Numbered from the whole stretch's first letter, positions 37,003-50,237 are shown. The stretch is 55,318 bases of DNA, filler included, from Sphacelaria rigidula (GCA_964200075.2; 5 parts of 5 records of this genome joined end to end with filler, not necessarily neighbours in it), one strand, 5' to 3'. Made by a program: numbers and translations. The notes: generated from the sequence alone by a model not told the origin.

Positions 37003-37520
37003 GAGCAATGCTACGGTACAGGTGCACTTTTTTTCGCGAATGATTGTCTAGTTCAGGGGCTCCTAACGATTCTAGATGCACAAGAATATGGGTCAGGACA
37101 TCCCCGTTTGCAAATTCATTCGGGATATCCCCAGCACATTAGAGTAGTAGTAATTCGAGCGTACTTTCACATATTTTCATAAGTCGTGTCTTGGATGTGA
37201 TAAAGGGCTCCTAACAATTTTAGCCTCAGAAAATATTTGAGTGATGCTGCGGCAGGGTTGCACTTTTTGAGCGAAAATATTTCTCGGGGTGTTGCACGGA
37301 TCATTTTGAGAATCGGCATGATTTTCACTTGGAAAATTCTGAAAATGATGCCGATTCACAAAAAGACCCCTGTGTGTATCTCCATGTCCTGTCCCCGGAG
37401 ATTTGGGTTGCACAGTAAGCACCATATATTTGGGCTCCTACAAAAACGAGGCCCAGAAACAACAAGTGCAACCCCTATCGTAGCACTGCTCATTTGTGCA
37501 CCCCTACCGTAGCACCACTC
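37003..37520. mobile_element. Sola-like MITE with a second Sola-like MITE nested at 37239-37491
   Basis: Outer element is the reverse complement of 7052-7309 (flanks attt/attc). Inner element has GAG..CTC TIRs and a perfect ATTT duplication. Confidence 0.82.
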
Positions 37521-38022
37521 ATTCACCCATATAGGGGGAAATAAGAATCCACCCACACCTTCTGTTATGACGGATCCTGCGTCGTTTTTTTTATTCGGGA
37601 GCCTGCTTCTTCTGAGTCTGAGGCGTGAGACCAACTTGTATGGTAGCCAATCCCGAATTTGGCGGGACTCCAATCTATGCCAAATCGGGACGACTCAGAT
37701 TCGCGAAACTCAGATTCGTGTGTACGCCTATATGTGTCATGTCATCACATATTTGTTGAAATTGTTTTGTACCCAAAGGATCATTTTCTCCAGGGGTGTG
37801 GTCCCATAATGAAGCCGAAGAACGGGCAGGCAGTGAGCCATCTTTCAAGACTAGCGTCGTACCGTGGTACCCTAGGGTATATAAAGTGCGGTACACTCCA
37901 CAATCACAGTTCACGGTGATACCGTGTGGTAATACATGACGATACAGTCGGTATTGCGAGAGCAGTGCGCAGTGTGCGATAAGAGTTCACGAGTGCAGTG
38001 CCATCCATCGCCCTGCAAGTAT

Positions 38023-38518
38023 AGCGACAGCAGAGTGTAGGATAGTACAATACCATTTGTTATGATGGTACACACAGTAGCGCAGTGCAGCACAAAATGT
38101 TACTATCGCAGCAGGGTACGGCTTTAAACACTTCTTATTCGCTTGCCAAACCCCGTGCGAAGCGCAGCTCTGCAAGCGCAGACAGTTCAATAGTGCAAGG
38201 TTACAAATACAGGCTGTACTCGCGAACACAGAAGGTTGCTGTTCTTTGCAGATACAGTACAGACAGTACAACGATACAAGCACACATACTCTGCACACAA
38301 AAAGTAGAACGCAGTAGTCAATTATTTGTGCGCGACAACTGTAGACAAACTCGCATTCGGCATCAAATACAGCGACAGCAGAGTGTAGGATAGTATGAGT
38401 ACATTACCGTTTGTTATGATGATACACACAATAGCGCAGTACAGCATGAAATATTACTTTCGCAGCAAGGTACGGCGTCGATACTTCTTATCTGCTTGTC
38501 AAACTCCGTGCGAAGCGC
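38023..38518. repeat. Direct repeat of ~145 bp (38023-38165 and 38371-38518)
   Basis: AGCGACAGCAGAGTGTAGGATAGTA...CCGTGCGAAGCGC present twice. Confidence 0.8.
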
Positions 38519-39759
38519 CGAGAGGCATCTCTACCCCCGCGTACGTTGCGATCACAAGCGCCCACACGTCCGCCGTTTGTCGACACACTGAGAGTAGTTG
38601 GAATCAATCAGATCACGTACTTCAACACCCCATTCACCTCAGACACGGACAGCGGCGGCACGCACAGCGAAGATAACGCAGAAAGCAGCATCATAGCTGA
38701 ACCTTCTTGACGGTGAGCGAAGTGGTTCGAACAGCTGGTTTCTGCGTGTGATGTCTCCACCTACAAAAGCAACCTCCAGAAGTGCCTCGATTGAAGTTGC
38801 GACAGTCAAGTATGAAAAGTTCAATCAAGGCTCGCTCTGCTCGAAATTGGTCGAATTGGGTTGTTCTTGAGAGCGCCAAGAGACAGAAGCGAAACACAAC
38901 ACCATGAGCACCAATGACACTGAAACTTGTTGAGGGCGCGTTGAATGATGCTAGAAGAATGATGTGAGGGTTTGTTCGCGCAGCGCGACTTCGAATCAAT
39001 TTTGGGGGGGAAAGTGCGTAGTTCGGAGCTTCGTAATGATGTCCGGACGGACAGGACGGACGGACGGACACTTTTTGAATCTAGGATCAGTAGAAGCCTT
39101 TTAAGCCCTCAGGGCCTCAAAGGAATGACCTAATTATTTTCGATTGAAAGCTCGAAAATTCACCTGGACCCAACCCGACAAAAATAAGCGAATTTTGTTC
39201 ATATCGATTTCATCGCCACTTTCATTGATTAAGAATGAGAAACAGGATACGTCCTTAGCACATTATGTTTCGATCGAAAATATGCGGTGGAAAACAAAAG
39301 TTCTGATCTCATAGGTCGTGACTTCAACCGGCGGCGGGCTCATATGCATAGGTGCACCTGTACGAGTTTGTTTTCACAGTACAGTACGACCCGCGTACAG
39401 ACACTGATTTAAGATAATATCATTACACTTTTTGTGAGTACCAGGGTAATCCACAAGTCTTACACGTGTCCACGACCGCGACGGGGCCATATCTCCCTCG
39501 GCATAGTTCCCGAAGTATCTTATGGATCCCTCCACTCCGTTTCATGAATGTTCATGTCTCCGGCATAGTTCCTGAAACGTTCCCTCTGGAACACCAGTCT
39601 GTCCCGTCGGGTCATTATTTATCCTGTCCCCGGAGTAATAGTCATACTCCAACTCCAGTCGATGTCTTTCCCTACACCCCCTGGAGTTTACTTCTCCCCT
39701 CTACTCTGGAGTCTCCCTCCACAGGAGAACGAACTGTGTAGGCACGTCCCACGGCCAAG

Positions 39760-42700
39760 CCCGTGGCTCCTGAGACTACCAATCCCACACCTAGGGATAG
39801 TAGCCTTATTGGCGTCGAAGTCTCCCATTCGGCATATTATGTGCTCCATGGAGTTTTCAACGCTTCATGGCCACGGCTCTCGGGCACATAGGACCAGATT
39901 ATGGAATTTGATCCTACATGGATGACCTCATCTGTCTCAGTTCCACGTTCCAGGAGCATCTCAAATCTTTCGAACGCACATTCGCAGCTTTGCAAGCCGC
40001 GGGCTTGACTCTGAAGCTCTCAAAAATGCGTTTGGGTCCCAAACAGGTCTCATACCTAGGTCATGTCATTTCTTCCGACGGTATTCCATTAGGTCAAGAC
40101 CGCCTTCGAGCTATCAACGACCTACCTACCCCGACTTGTATCGAGAACCTTCGCTCTGTCCTGGGCATGGTAAATTTTGTGCACCAATTTATCGAAGATT
40201 ATGCCGACATTACGGCATCTCTAGTCGATCTCACCCGGGGGTAATTCACCACCAAACCCCTGTTCAAAAAGGCATGGGGTAGTGAGCAAGATAACGCCTT
40301 TGCTCACATTAAACGACTGCTCACATCAGCACCCATCCTGGGATTCCCAGATTTTTCTCGAGAATTTGTCGTACACTGCGATGCTTCTAATCTTCGTTCG
40401 GGGTCATTTTTGGGGCAGCAGTCTAAAGACAGCACCAACTCGAACGACGTTGACATCGTCGCGCATTTCTCCAAGCGTTTCTCCAAATCACAGCGTCACC
40501 ACAATCCTACTATGAAAAAATGTTGCGGTGGGGTCTGGTCCCTACTACTCTGGAGGTCTTATCTCTGAGGTCGTCATTTCACTTGCTGGACAGATCACCA
40601 AGCTTTAACGTATTTATATCGTATGCGAGGCACCAGCAACACGCTAACTCGATTGTCAATCTAACTGCAGAGCTTCGATTTCACGATGAAATATGTTCCG
40701 GGGAAAATAAACGTTGTACCAGATGCGTTGTTTCGCCTGTTCGGTGAACTTCAATCCGAACCCAGACTAGCTGCAATCTGTCGTAACGTACCGGATAATC
40801 GACCGTATCATCGCCCGTCTCCCCAAAAATTCGAAGTATTTTTTTTCTTTTTGTCCCCAGAGGACATGAAGGAACCTTAAATCATGCACTTCACTATTTC
40901 TAGTTTCGTGCAGCGCTTCGAGTCGCTTCACCCGTCAGACATGCCCACCCGAGGGTAGACATGGCCGGCGAATGTATGGATAGGCACCAAGGTGGGAGTG
41001 CCCCCCCACCCAGGTAGTGCCGGACTTGGGAAATAAAAACAAAAATGTCCTTCACCTACCAAACCTCCTACAATGTCCCCTAGTTCGACTCTGTACATGA
41101 GTCACCCTACCCATCCGGGCGTCGGTCCTCAAACTGCCCATCAGTTAGGTCATATCCTACCTGTCGAGAGCGACCGCGATATGTTCACAAGTGCCGTATC
41201 TATCTTTCCCGTTGCAGATCCCGCTCAAATTGCGAAACAGAAACATGAGGAGTCCGGTCCTTACATCGACAATCTCGATGACTCCAAGTCGTCCCCTCTC
41301 CCACCGAAGGAGAGCACACACACGAGAAGCTATTTTTTCCTCCACGAGAGTTCGCTTTTTCGCTCTTACCTGCCAGGTCATTTGCAGAAACGCAGCGATT
41401 TCCGGGATCAATTAGTGGTACCGGATAGGTTACGCCTCCTTGTCATGAAAGCTTTTCATAGTCTTCCCGCTTCTGGCTGCCATCTAGTATTTGAAGGTGC
41501 TTTCGAATGAGTGCGTCATAAGTACTGGTGGCCCACAGGACACACTGATGTTACAAGCCACGTTGACCATTGCCAATCATGTCAAGGGCGCAAGTCCTCA
41601 ACACGGCCACCGGTGTTACCGATCGGTCTCCGTCCTATCAGAAGGATATTTCAATGTGTCGCGGTCGGCCTCGTTGAGTATGAATCCCGCTCTCAAGGCA
41701 ACCGCTTCATGTTGTCAGTGATTGATCACTCAAGACGATGTGTAGTTCTCATTGCCATTCCCAACAAAGAGGCTATAAACGTCACGCGTGATACAGTGGG
41801 ACGAGTCTTTTCCATCTTTAGTCGCCCTAAAACATTTCATTCGGACCAAGTTCCAGAATTCGAAAAACAACACGTCAGGGATCCTGAAACCATATTCGGA
41901 TATACAGTAGTGGGCGGTCTAACTATTCAGGGGTGTTCCGGGGTTTCCCTCGCGTACTACTCTTCGATAGAACTCGAAATTGTTAGCGCCGGTGAATGTT
42001 GGTACAATAAACAGATCATACTTGAAACACAGTACCAAAGTTAGTTTCAGTTGGTGTTATCGGGCGATAGGAGTAAATACCCCGTTCATAAGGAGGGTGT
42101 TATTGACCGTGAAACACAGTTTCTCGGCTCTAGTGCAATGAGTAGGTGAAATTTGAAGAACCTCAAACTGTACATTTATTCACAAATATGATCGGGACAG
42201 GCTCGATAAATAAAAAAATACCGAAGAGTAAGAATCTGGGCTGAAACGTAGCAGGACCCTCGATGACCGGTCAGTCCGTGAGTCACTCAATATTGAGTAC
42301 AGACATTCTTTTTCTCGGAATGTGAAGTGGATACAAATAACTTCAGATCCCCCACGTAATGAGCGGTGGTAAGCGAAAAGAGCCCAAGAAAATCGCCAAA
42401 CACAAAAAAATCACAAAATGCCACAAAATGCCACAAAATGAGTAATGAGACCGCCCACGACTGTAAGAAGACTCGAACCACACCATATCGTCCCCAAGGC
42501 AACTCCGTTCTTGACCAAGTCCATAGTATGGTACACACAATGTTATCGACGTACAGTGATATATGGACAGATATGTTGCTGTTTGTCCAACTGGCACATA
42601 AAACAGCCAATTAATCTACGCTTCACGAAACACCGCACTTTCTTATGTTCGGCCGTCCCGCCGTACTACCTATCGATCAATCTTTGGTGTACCGTCGACA

Positions 42701-43600
42701 TCCGCGCCCCAGTCTCCCATGGATGACACGCGCGAAGCTGTCAATAAATTGCAATTAGCGTGTGACTTGGCTCGCCGGCATCTCAAGAGAATGGTCGGAC
42801 AAACAAGCTAGTGCAAACGACACATGATCATTTCCCAAATTTGTCGCAGACGGTCAAGTCCTGATCCACCGTCCTTACACGGACACTGATGCCCCCAACC
42901 CCAAGCTAATAAGCCCATGGCGTGGACCATACATTGTTCGTAGTCAGATTCCCCCAGTCGTTTATCGTGCCTGTAAAGACGGAGAAGTAGCCGAAAGTTT
43001 GTCCATCTTGGCAGACCCAAACAATATTGAGCTCCGTCCTCCCCATCTACGGTTGACCACGCAGTCCTGGAGGATTTCTTCCTAGGAGGAAAGTTGCCAA
43101 TCCCCGACTTGAGCGGTGACAAATCAGTCAAGTTCGGCTCGTTCACAATCGAGGGAATAGATGGTCACAGGAGAGGTGTGGGAGCAGCATCGAAAACGAA
43201 CTTTCAACACCACCTAAAATTCAAAGTTTTTTCTCCTCATTGTGTTGTGTGGCGTCATGTGTCTGCCCTACCCCAATGCACGGAGATGATTGCGTCATAT
43301 CGTGCGGATGTCTTGTCGCGGAATTCCACCGCATTCGATCCGCCACAACGGAACTCGCAATCCGTTGTCTCTTGATACTGTTGAGTATTTTACGTGTACG
43401 CACCCGTCTTGTCCCCACCATTTCCTCAGGTGCAGGTTTCGCAACTACCGCCGCCTACCGGGAGTATATACATCTATGGACGTCAACGGCTGATGATGTC
43501 GAACGGATGTTTTGTCAAAGATATTGAGTTCGTAACGAACTATGAGAGTCCATCGTGTATGCTACGAGTACCGAAAGTCGATCAGTCGCAGAGGGGAAGT
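39760..43600 (+). mobile_element. Degenerate Ty3/gypsy LTR retrotransposon pol (RT-RNaseH-integrase-chromodomain-like)
   Basis: PFGILCAPWSFQR, SYMDDL, YLGHVIS, LRSVLGMVNF, HCDAS, TDHQAL, YVPGKINVVPDAL, H..GxH..CQSC, HSDQ, TTPYRPQGN, PWRGPY, IEGIDGHR; purine tract AGAGGGGAAG followed by TG at 43600 (possible 3' LTR start). Confidence 0.9.
41905..42463. mobile_element. Tc1/mariner-type MITE inserted in the gypsy integrase
   Basis: TA|CAGTAGTGGGCGGTCT ... AGACCGCCCACGACTG|TA; removal restores FGYKKTRTTPYRPQGN. Confidence 0.88.
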
Positions 43601-44235
43601 GGAGCATATTCGGGTCTTACTACCACGGATCAAGTAATCCGTTCCATCAACAGGGATGTTAGTCGGAGTTCATCGTATGTTGTACCGCATTCGATCATTT
43701 ATTTATATGTTTGTTTGGCTGAGTTGTGAGATGAAATATCGCTTTGACAGGTCATGGCATAGGGTTTCACTTATAGCGCTATATTCGTGAGATTCAGAGT
43801 GTAACATCGGATTCAGAGTGAGACCCGAAACGATTGACTTTTCCGTCGATTTTGACATCGCCACAACAGTTCGAGGCGTAATGCGCCCAGCTGGTGAAGC
43901 GGTGGCTTCAATGAAAGCTGTCACCTACACGATCAATTTGACACATCACTTGATCGCAACGACGTACTCATGAAATTCTCCTCTTTCAGGAAAAATAGAT
44001 TAGTGCCTGAAATAACTTCAGTTCCGAAATTCCCCCCCAGGCGCAAAAATGCTTTGTGCGGTATCTCACCAACCAGACCGCCGAATTCCTTGAATGGGGT
44101 ACTGTACGGTAGCTGCATGCACAGGACGTGTACTAAAGCAAAAAAACGTTGCCTGTAAAGAACGCTAGAGCGTCCACTAACAGCCGATTTTATATTTTGG
44201 GGTTCATACAAAATATGGGATTGAAGTGGCATATC

Positions 44236-44335
44236 NNNNNNNNNNNNNNNNNNNNNNNNNNNNNNNNNNNNNNNNNNNNTTAATTAATTAANNNNNNNNN
44301 NNNNNNNNNNNNNNNNNNNNNNNNNNNNNNNNNNN
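44236..44335. other. Artificial contig linker
   Basis: N44-TTAATTAATTAA-N44. Confidence 0.98.
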
Positions 44336-44399
44336 GATTCATTCACTGATTGACCGCTTTTCACTCTCAATCTTATCATCTACTCTCAATCTCACGAAA

Positions 44400-45015
44400 A
44401 CACTGTTATATCTGCCAGCCAATTTTCTGGTTTCACGTGATAAATTATTATCTGGCCCTTTCTTGTCGTATCTTTTGGGTTGTTATTGTTTATGGCTAGA
44501 TGTTTGCCACGTGTGCCATAAGTCGAGCGTGATGACAAAGGTAGTGCTACTTGGAAATGATATAAACGGTGGGTGTTTTCTCACCGAACCATCCCAGTTC
44601 ATGAAGGAGGTTCAACAAAGGCATCTCGGATTTTGTCACACCTGGCTGTAGACGTGAGTTCTCCTTCGAAAGTTGAAGAAGCCGTAGTTTTTTGCAGGCT
44701 TGAAGAACAGTGAAGTCATCGGCTAGCGAAAACGAATATAGTTTCTGTAGCCGATCTCGTTCTGCCTTGTGTGGCGGAGTTCTCGTATGAAGATTGACAA
44801 TATCCTTGAAGATCCAAGTTATTCTTCGCGAAGCGGTAAGTGATGAGTAGACCCGGCGTTCCTTTTGAAATGGCGAAATACACGATTCACTGCAACTAAA
44901 ATATGAGTACTCGGTTTCCTCATATGGCGAGCTGCCTGAGTAACACTGAACGCTATGTCGAATCTGGCGCCCCACACACGAAAAATGAGACTTTTCACCT
45001 TTGCTGGGTATCGCT
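44400..45015 (-). mobile_element. Degenerate Ty1/copia RT C-terminus/RNase H
   Basis: SLIF...RFDIAFSVTQAARHMRKPST...VNRVFRHFK (cf. TRPDIAFAV..LARHMS.P...AKRVLRYLKG), then LLNLLHELG. Confidence 0.75.
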
Positions 45016-45016
45016 T

Positions 45017-46030
45017 TCGAGCATCCAAGTATTTTCTTCGCTGCTGCCATCTGTACTTTTCCCACCCTCTCCACCGAATTCACGTTCCCCTCCCATACTT
45101 CTCCTGCCTATTCTTGCTTTGGTACGATCACGTTCATCGGCATACACCTCTTAGTTCTAGTGTCTAGGTGCGAGTCTCTGAGGATCACGTCCATTTTTCC
45201 CATCTGTGCCTTACCCTCTTCTATGACGTTTTAAATGTGAGCTTCCCAAGAACAGTTTCTTGAGATCTCTACACCAAGGTATGTGTACTGGTCTGAGATC
45301 GGCAGTTCTTCTTCTCCCCACTTCCATTTGAAAATATACCGGGTGTTTCTTATCTTCGTGACAGACGAGTACCACACATGTGTTTACGCTCGCTGTCACT
45401 CTCCACTTCCTAGTGTATTCTAGCACCTTGTCTGTCTGTTTTTGCAATCCTTCTGCTGTTCCGGAAATCCCCACAATATCATCTGCGAACATCGAACCTC
45501 GTATCACATCTTCACCCACCTTTACTCCCTGCTTTGCTGCTTCTATATTGCTGATATGAGGTCATCAATGAGTGCCTGGAATAATGGGGGTGATAACATA
45601 CATCCCTGTGCAACTCCTTGTAAAAAACCAAAACACTTCGATATTTCCCCGTCTAGCATCATGGCACTTTTGGCACATTCTTTTATCTTCTTTTTTACCA
45701 TTCTCCACATCTTTCCTCTGATCCTAGTTGCCCACAACGTTTTCCACAGCCCATTTCTCCATACTATCCCACAAGCCTCTTGCACATCCAGAAAGAAACA
45801 GTACGTTGTCAGCCCGGCGTCTTTCCACCCTAAACAATCTTACCTGGCGTCTACACACGGCCTACGCAACTACGGTTTGGTCTGAAACCTGCTCATCCCT
45901 GGCTGTTTTTTCGTCCTTTTCTAGCATCGTTCCTTCTCCATAATTCAGAATCTTACAGAACGTTTTCCCTATCGTGCTCAGTAGCGTTATCCCTCTATAT
46001 TTCCGTGGGTCGGCCTGTTCTCCTTTCTTA
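45017..46030 (-). mobile_element. Degenerate LINE family A reverse transcriptase
   Basis: YRGITLLSTIGK, FLDVQEA...VWRNGLW, GVAQGCMLSPPLF, MFADD. Confidence 0.88.
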
Positions 46031-46251
46031 AAAATAGATTGTTCTGCTTCGCAATCGCGCTTCCAATTTTCTATTTTACTTTTCCTTTTGTTACACTTGT
46101 CCTGTATCGAAAAAAATAGAACTTACTTGTTGAAAAGTGCTTTTTTTACCCTTCTCCGTCGTGTTTGCCCCGACAAGAGGGCTCAGCGGATGTTGACACC
46201 TCAGACCGTTCCAGAGCACCTTTGCGTTTTCCGTAGGTCACAGTGTAGTAG

Positions 46252-46435
46252 GTGAGAGGACCGCGTGCTTAGAGGACCGCGCCGTAGCTCGAAACACCTC
46301 AGTATCGACGTTTTCCAAAACCAATCGGGCCAGTCCCTGCAGGTACCACGACCCTGACCCCAACACTAACCCTAACCCTAACCATAGGGATGTTCCAACT
46401 TCCGACGCGGTCCTGCAAGCACGCGGTCCTCTCAC
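46252..46435. mobile_element. MITE carrying internal telomere-type (CCCTAA)n repeats
   Basis: Perfect 19-bp TIR GTGAGAGGACCGCGTGCTT / AAGCACGCGGTCCTCTCAC plus an inner AGGACCGCG repeat; CTAACCCTAACCCTAACC inside. Confidence 0.75.
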
Positions 46436-46808
46436 GCATCACAACAGTTTCGCTCTTGGCCAAAAATCAGACAGTACAGTTATGGGTAGGAATTGCAGAT
46501 TCTCGGTACTATATTCATGGAAAGTGCAAGCTGAACGCTACATGCGTCAGAAGTGGCCGGTAATCCAACGAGTCATACAGTATCAACGGAAAATACAAGC
46601 GTCACCTACAAATGGCGATTTGGGTCATAAGAAATGAACCGGCCGGCGTATATCTGTCTGTACAGTGTACAGGCAGATTCACAGGACTTGCCTGTACCAT
46701 AGAACCAGTTCCACAACACGTTTGAGCAGACTCGACAGTCTAAAAACGAACGTATTTTTGATTTCACCCACCACCCCTCAATAGAGACGACGCAACATAC
46801 ATGTGTTC

Positions 46809-47252
46809 CAGATTTATCGGTTATGGTCCAGTCGAGTAGATTCCATGTGTCATACTCTCACGTTGTCTAGCCCGACAGGTCATGGGCCATTCTGAGTCTG
46901 ATTGATTTCGACAGTGCCCCCCCTACTCGGACACAGTCTTTTGGGAACTTATCTCGACGCGCGAATAGCAACTACCAGCCGGTTGCCAATAACACAAGAA
47001 GCATCAACACTATCACGGACTGCTATCTCAGAGGAGTCTTTGGTCTTCACAAATGTAAGCCCGCATTGCACGCATTATATGGGTCTTGTCTCCGGCGAGC
47101 CATGGGCATGGCGCCTGGTCATTGGTGTGTGGGTTGACTCCCCACATGGTAAATCGAGCTCAATGGCTTCGATACTAATGATTGTGTTTGAGCCGCTAGC
47201 CTGGTGCCCACTGAACTGGCACCATTCCCAGCTAGAGTATCGAGCCATGACA
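46809..47252 (+). pseudogene. Decayed coding fragment of unknown family, copy 1
   Basis: Homologous to 53393-53842, with synonymous differences in the frame ANNTRS..DCYLRG..GLHKCK..IELNGxDTxDCVW. Confidence 0.5.
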
Positions 47253-47812
47253 TGGTGTCTATCCGTGCTTGTGTAGAGTCAACTCCGGCATGACCCCCAA
47301 AGGCTTAGCATGCGCCTCCGTAAATTTGTTTTGTGGGGAGGTTTGAGATTTCATCTTGTCGTGTCACTAGACTTATATATGGTAAATAGTGTGCGTTGCA
47401 CACATGGGACAAAATCCACACAGCAACAGACGCTCTTCTTTTCACGAGTACGAAACAACACAACCGCGCTGCTTCACAGTTGCGTATACTCATTGTTCAC
47501 AAATAAAAAAAAACTGCACCAGGATATGCTTGTACTACAATTACGCGGAACAGTAATGAGTAAGCATGGACTAGGTAGGCTTTGTCGTCCTGTCTGTTCG
47601 TGGTATTGCGTTGTTGCCCGCCGCATTTGCCCTGCGTTACATACAACCCAAGCAGAGCGCCACCAACGGCTTTATGCACGAGCTCATCAAGGATGGTTCA
47701 TCAGCACGCCACGGCAGACGTTCAGAGCAAAAGTGAAATACCCTAGCCAAAACCATTGACAAAAGGCATAAAGGTCGAACGAGATTGCACGAGTCAACGA
47801 ACCAGAGGGCCT

Positions 47813-49400
47813 ACAACTACGTCGGGGTGTTTTGGGACATCAAGTTCCAGAAAGCTCCGGAAGCTGTACAGTCGCGTTGTTGTTATCCGTTGTTGTGGCT
47901 GTTCGTTGTTTGTTTGCTGCGGTTCGTTGTTATCCTTTGTTTTTGCTATTGTGCTGCTGCTACCGTCTGCGGCTGTTCGTTGTTTGTTTGCTGCGGTTCG
48001 ATGTTGTCCTTTGTTTTTGCTTTTGTGCCGCTGCTACCGTCTTTCGCTCTTGTTATCGGCCGTTGTTGTTGTTGTTGGTGGTGGTGGCGTTGCTTCTGCC
48101 TGTTATCGTCTGCTGTTGTTACGGCCGCTGCGGTCGCTGCCGCTTTGCTGTGTTGCTGTCGCTTTTGGCGATACTATAAACTTTCATGTTACTGCGGCTG
48201 TTACCCTGCTGTGTGGTTACAATTCCGCCTAAAGAACAATGCAATTTGGTTTGCTGCTCGGCAGCTACTGTCCCGATTTTGTTTTGCTGCTCTGCGGTTA
48301 CTGTCCCGCCTGAGGCGTTGCGATTTTCGACTTCACCGCCCATGGGTAGTTGTACCCTGCTGGCTATCGCACTGCCTGTTTAGCCCTCATGAGCGCGTAA
48401 TGCCTCTTACACCAGCATGTAAAGTCACGAGTTGTTTTCCCACTCGCGTAGTTTCCTACTTTGCTGCTTGTACGGTGCCCCACTTTGACCGCATGAGCTT
48501 TTACCGATAAACGATTGTCATCACCATATGTGCCTAAATTGTTACACCGAGGTCCCCACGCATCTGTTCCCCTGAAATGCACCTCTTCGTGGTGATGAGA
48601 CGTTGTTCGCTGTTGTGGCCTACCCGCACACTATAGTGGCTTTCCCTGCATCGCGTCACCATCATCCCGTTTGGTCGGGATCACACATGTTACTAATTGT
48701 GTGTACGGGTTGGCCGGGAATTTAGACTGCATCGCGTCACCATCATCCCTTTTGGTCGGAATCACACATGTTACTAATTGTGTGTACGGGTTGGTCGGTA
48801 ATTTAAAAATTCGTTTTGAAGCCGCTGCTGCCCGTACTGTTCATTACTGCGGTTGCTTGGATTGACGACAACCCTTTGATAACCAACTTTTGAGGACCGA
48901 TCCTTCTCGACAACAATTACGTCGGGGCGTTTCGGGACATCAGGCTCCAGACAGCTGCGGAAGCTGTGCAGCCGTGTTGTTATTGTATGTTGTCGTTGCT
49001 GCTGCTGCTACTGTTGTTGTTGTTGTTGTTGTTGTTGTTGTATGTTGTTGTTGTTGTTGTTGTATGTTGTTGCTGCTACTGTTGTATGTTGTTGCTGCTA
49101 CTGTTGTATGTTGTTGCTACTGCTGTTGTATGTTATTGCTGCTGCTGTTGTTTTCTGTCTTCTGTTATCTGTTGTTGCTGTTGCCTGTTACGACTGTTGC
49201 TGTTGCTGTTGTTGTTGTATATTGCTGTTGTTGTATATTGCTGCTGCTGCTGTTTCCTCCGTGTTTTCTGCTACCCTGGTTGGCTGTCATTGTCCCGCTT
49301 GTTGTGTTTTTGCCTTTACCACCTACTGTCGGCTACACTTTTCTCGCTCGCTATCACATTGCATGTTGTCAGGTGCACGTGCATTTTCCGCCCTCATGTT
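47813..49400. repeat. Two related repeat units (47813-~48500 and 48914-~49400), each with a conserved head and a (TGY)n low-complexity array; possibly LTRs
   Basis: Shared head CAAYTACGTCGGGGYGTTTYGGGACATCA...GGAAGCTGTRCAG, then TGT/TGC microsatellite. Confidence 0.65.
48646..48807. repeat. 81-bp tandem duplication
   Basis: CTGCATCGCGTCACCATCATCCC...GGGTTGG starts at 48646 and 48727. Confidence 0.92.
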
Positions 49401-50237
49401 CTTAATGAAGCTTGCTTCGATCTGATCGCACAGTATTTTTGTTTTGTCATTTGTCGCGTGCATTGTATTACCTTCGCCTGATCTACACCTGGTCACTCAT
49501 AACATCATCGCTGTACCTTACCAGCAATGACCGTGTTCTAGACATTCTCTGTATTATCCCGGTAGTTTTATTGCAGAACAACCCACCATGATCAGTATGT
49601 ACTTTGATTCCGGGGTTGCATTTTTATTGTGGCCATGAGGATTTGTGGAATGCGCATGCAGTAAAGCTTCCATTTCTATTTCGATCTTGTTTGCTTTTCT
49701 TTCATTTTACATACTCATATTGTCTGCATCTCCGGGTGTCGCGTCTACCACAACTGTCTTTTGAGCCCCTCGATTGTATTTTGAGTGCTGGATAATTTTG
49801 CGCTGCACTATTTTTCATTTCATGTTCTGGTAATTTTGTATTGCGTTTGGCGCTCGCGATGTTTTTCTTTGATCGTGCGGGTGCAGGCTATCTGCAGGGC
49901 CTTGTCTGTTGCGCTGCCTGTACTCATCATGATTGAGCAGGATTCCGCTGGTGATCGCTTCATCTATCTGGTTCGCAAGGCCGAAACGCCGAATTTACCG
50001 CCCGGCACACGACATTTCGATCTACGTCACGTGGTATAAAACCGAACCATATTTTCATGTACCCCAAGACTTCCAACGTATACTAACCACGCCCTCTATT
50101 ACTCCCGCCCCTGTTTCACCCACACTCTTGTCCTGGGTGTTCGCATCCCGCTGAGGGAACCGGCGCTAATCGTCATTGCGTTGGGGAGGACAGGCAGGAA
50201 ACCCTGAACGGTTTGCCAATGACGGTTTGTTCCCGCG

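Noticed and set aside
38980-39120. (GGAC)n tract suggestive of a Helentron/HINE-type element
   Set aside because: Could not identify sub-terminal inverted repeats or a 3' hairpin with confidence.
47756-49481. Long overlapping Cys/Leu/Val-rich ORFs
   Set aside because: Artefacts of stop-free TGT/TGC microsatellite arrays, open in several frames.
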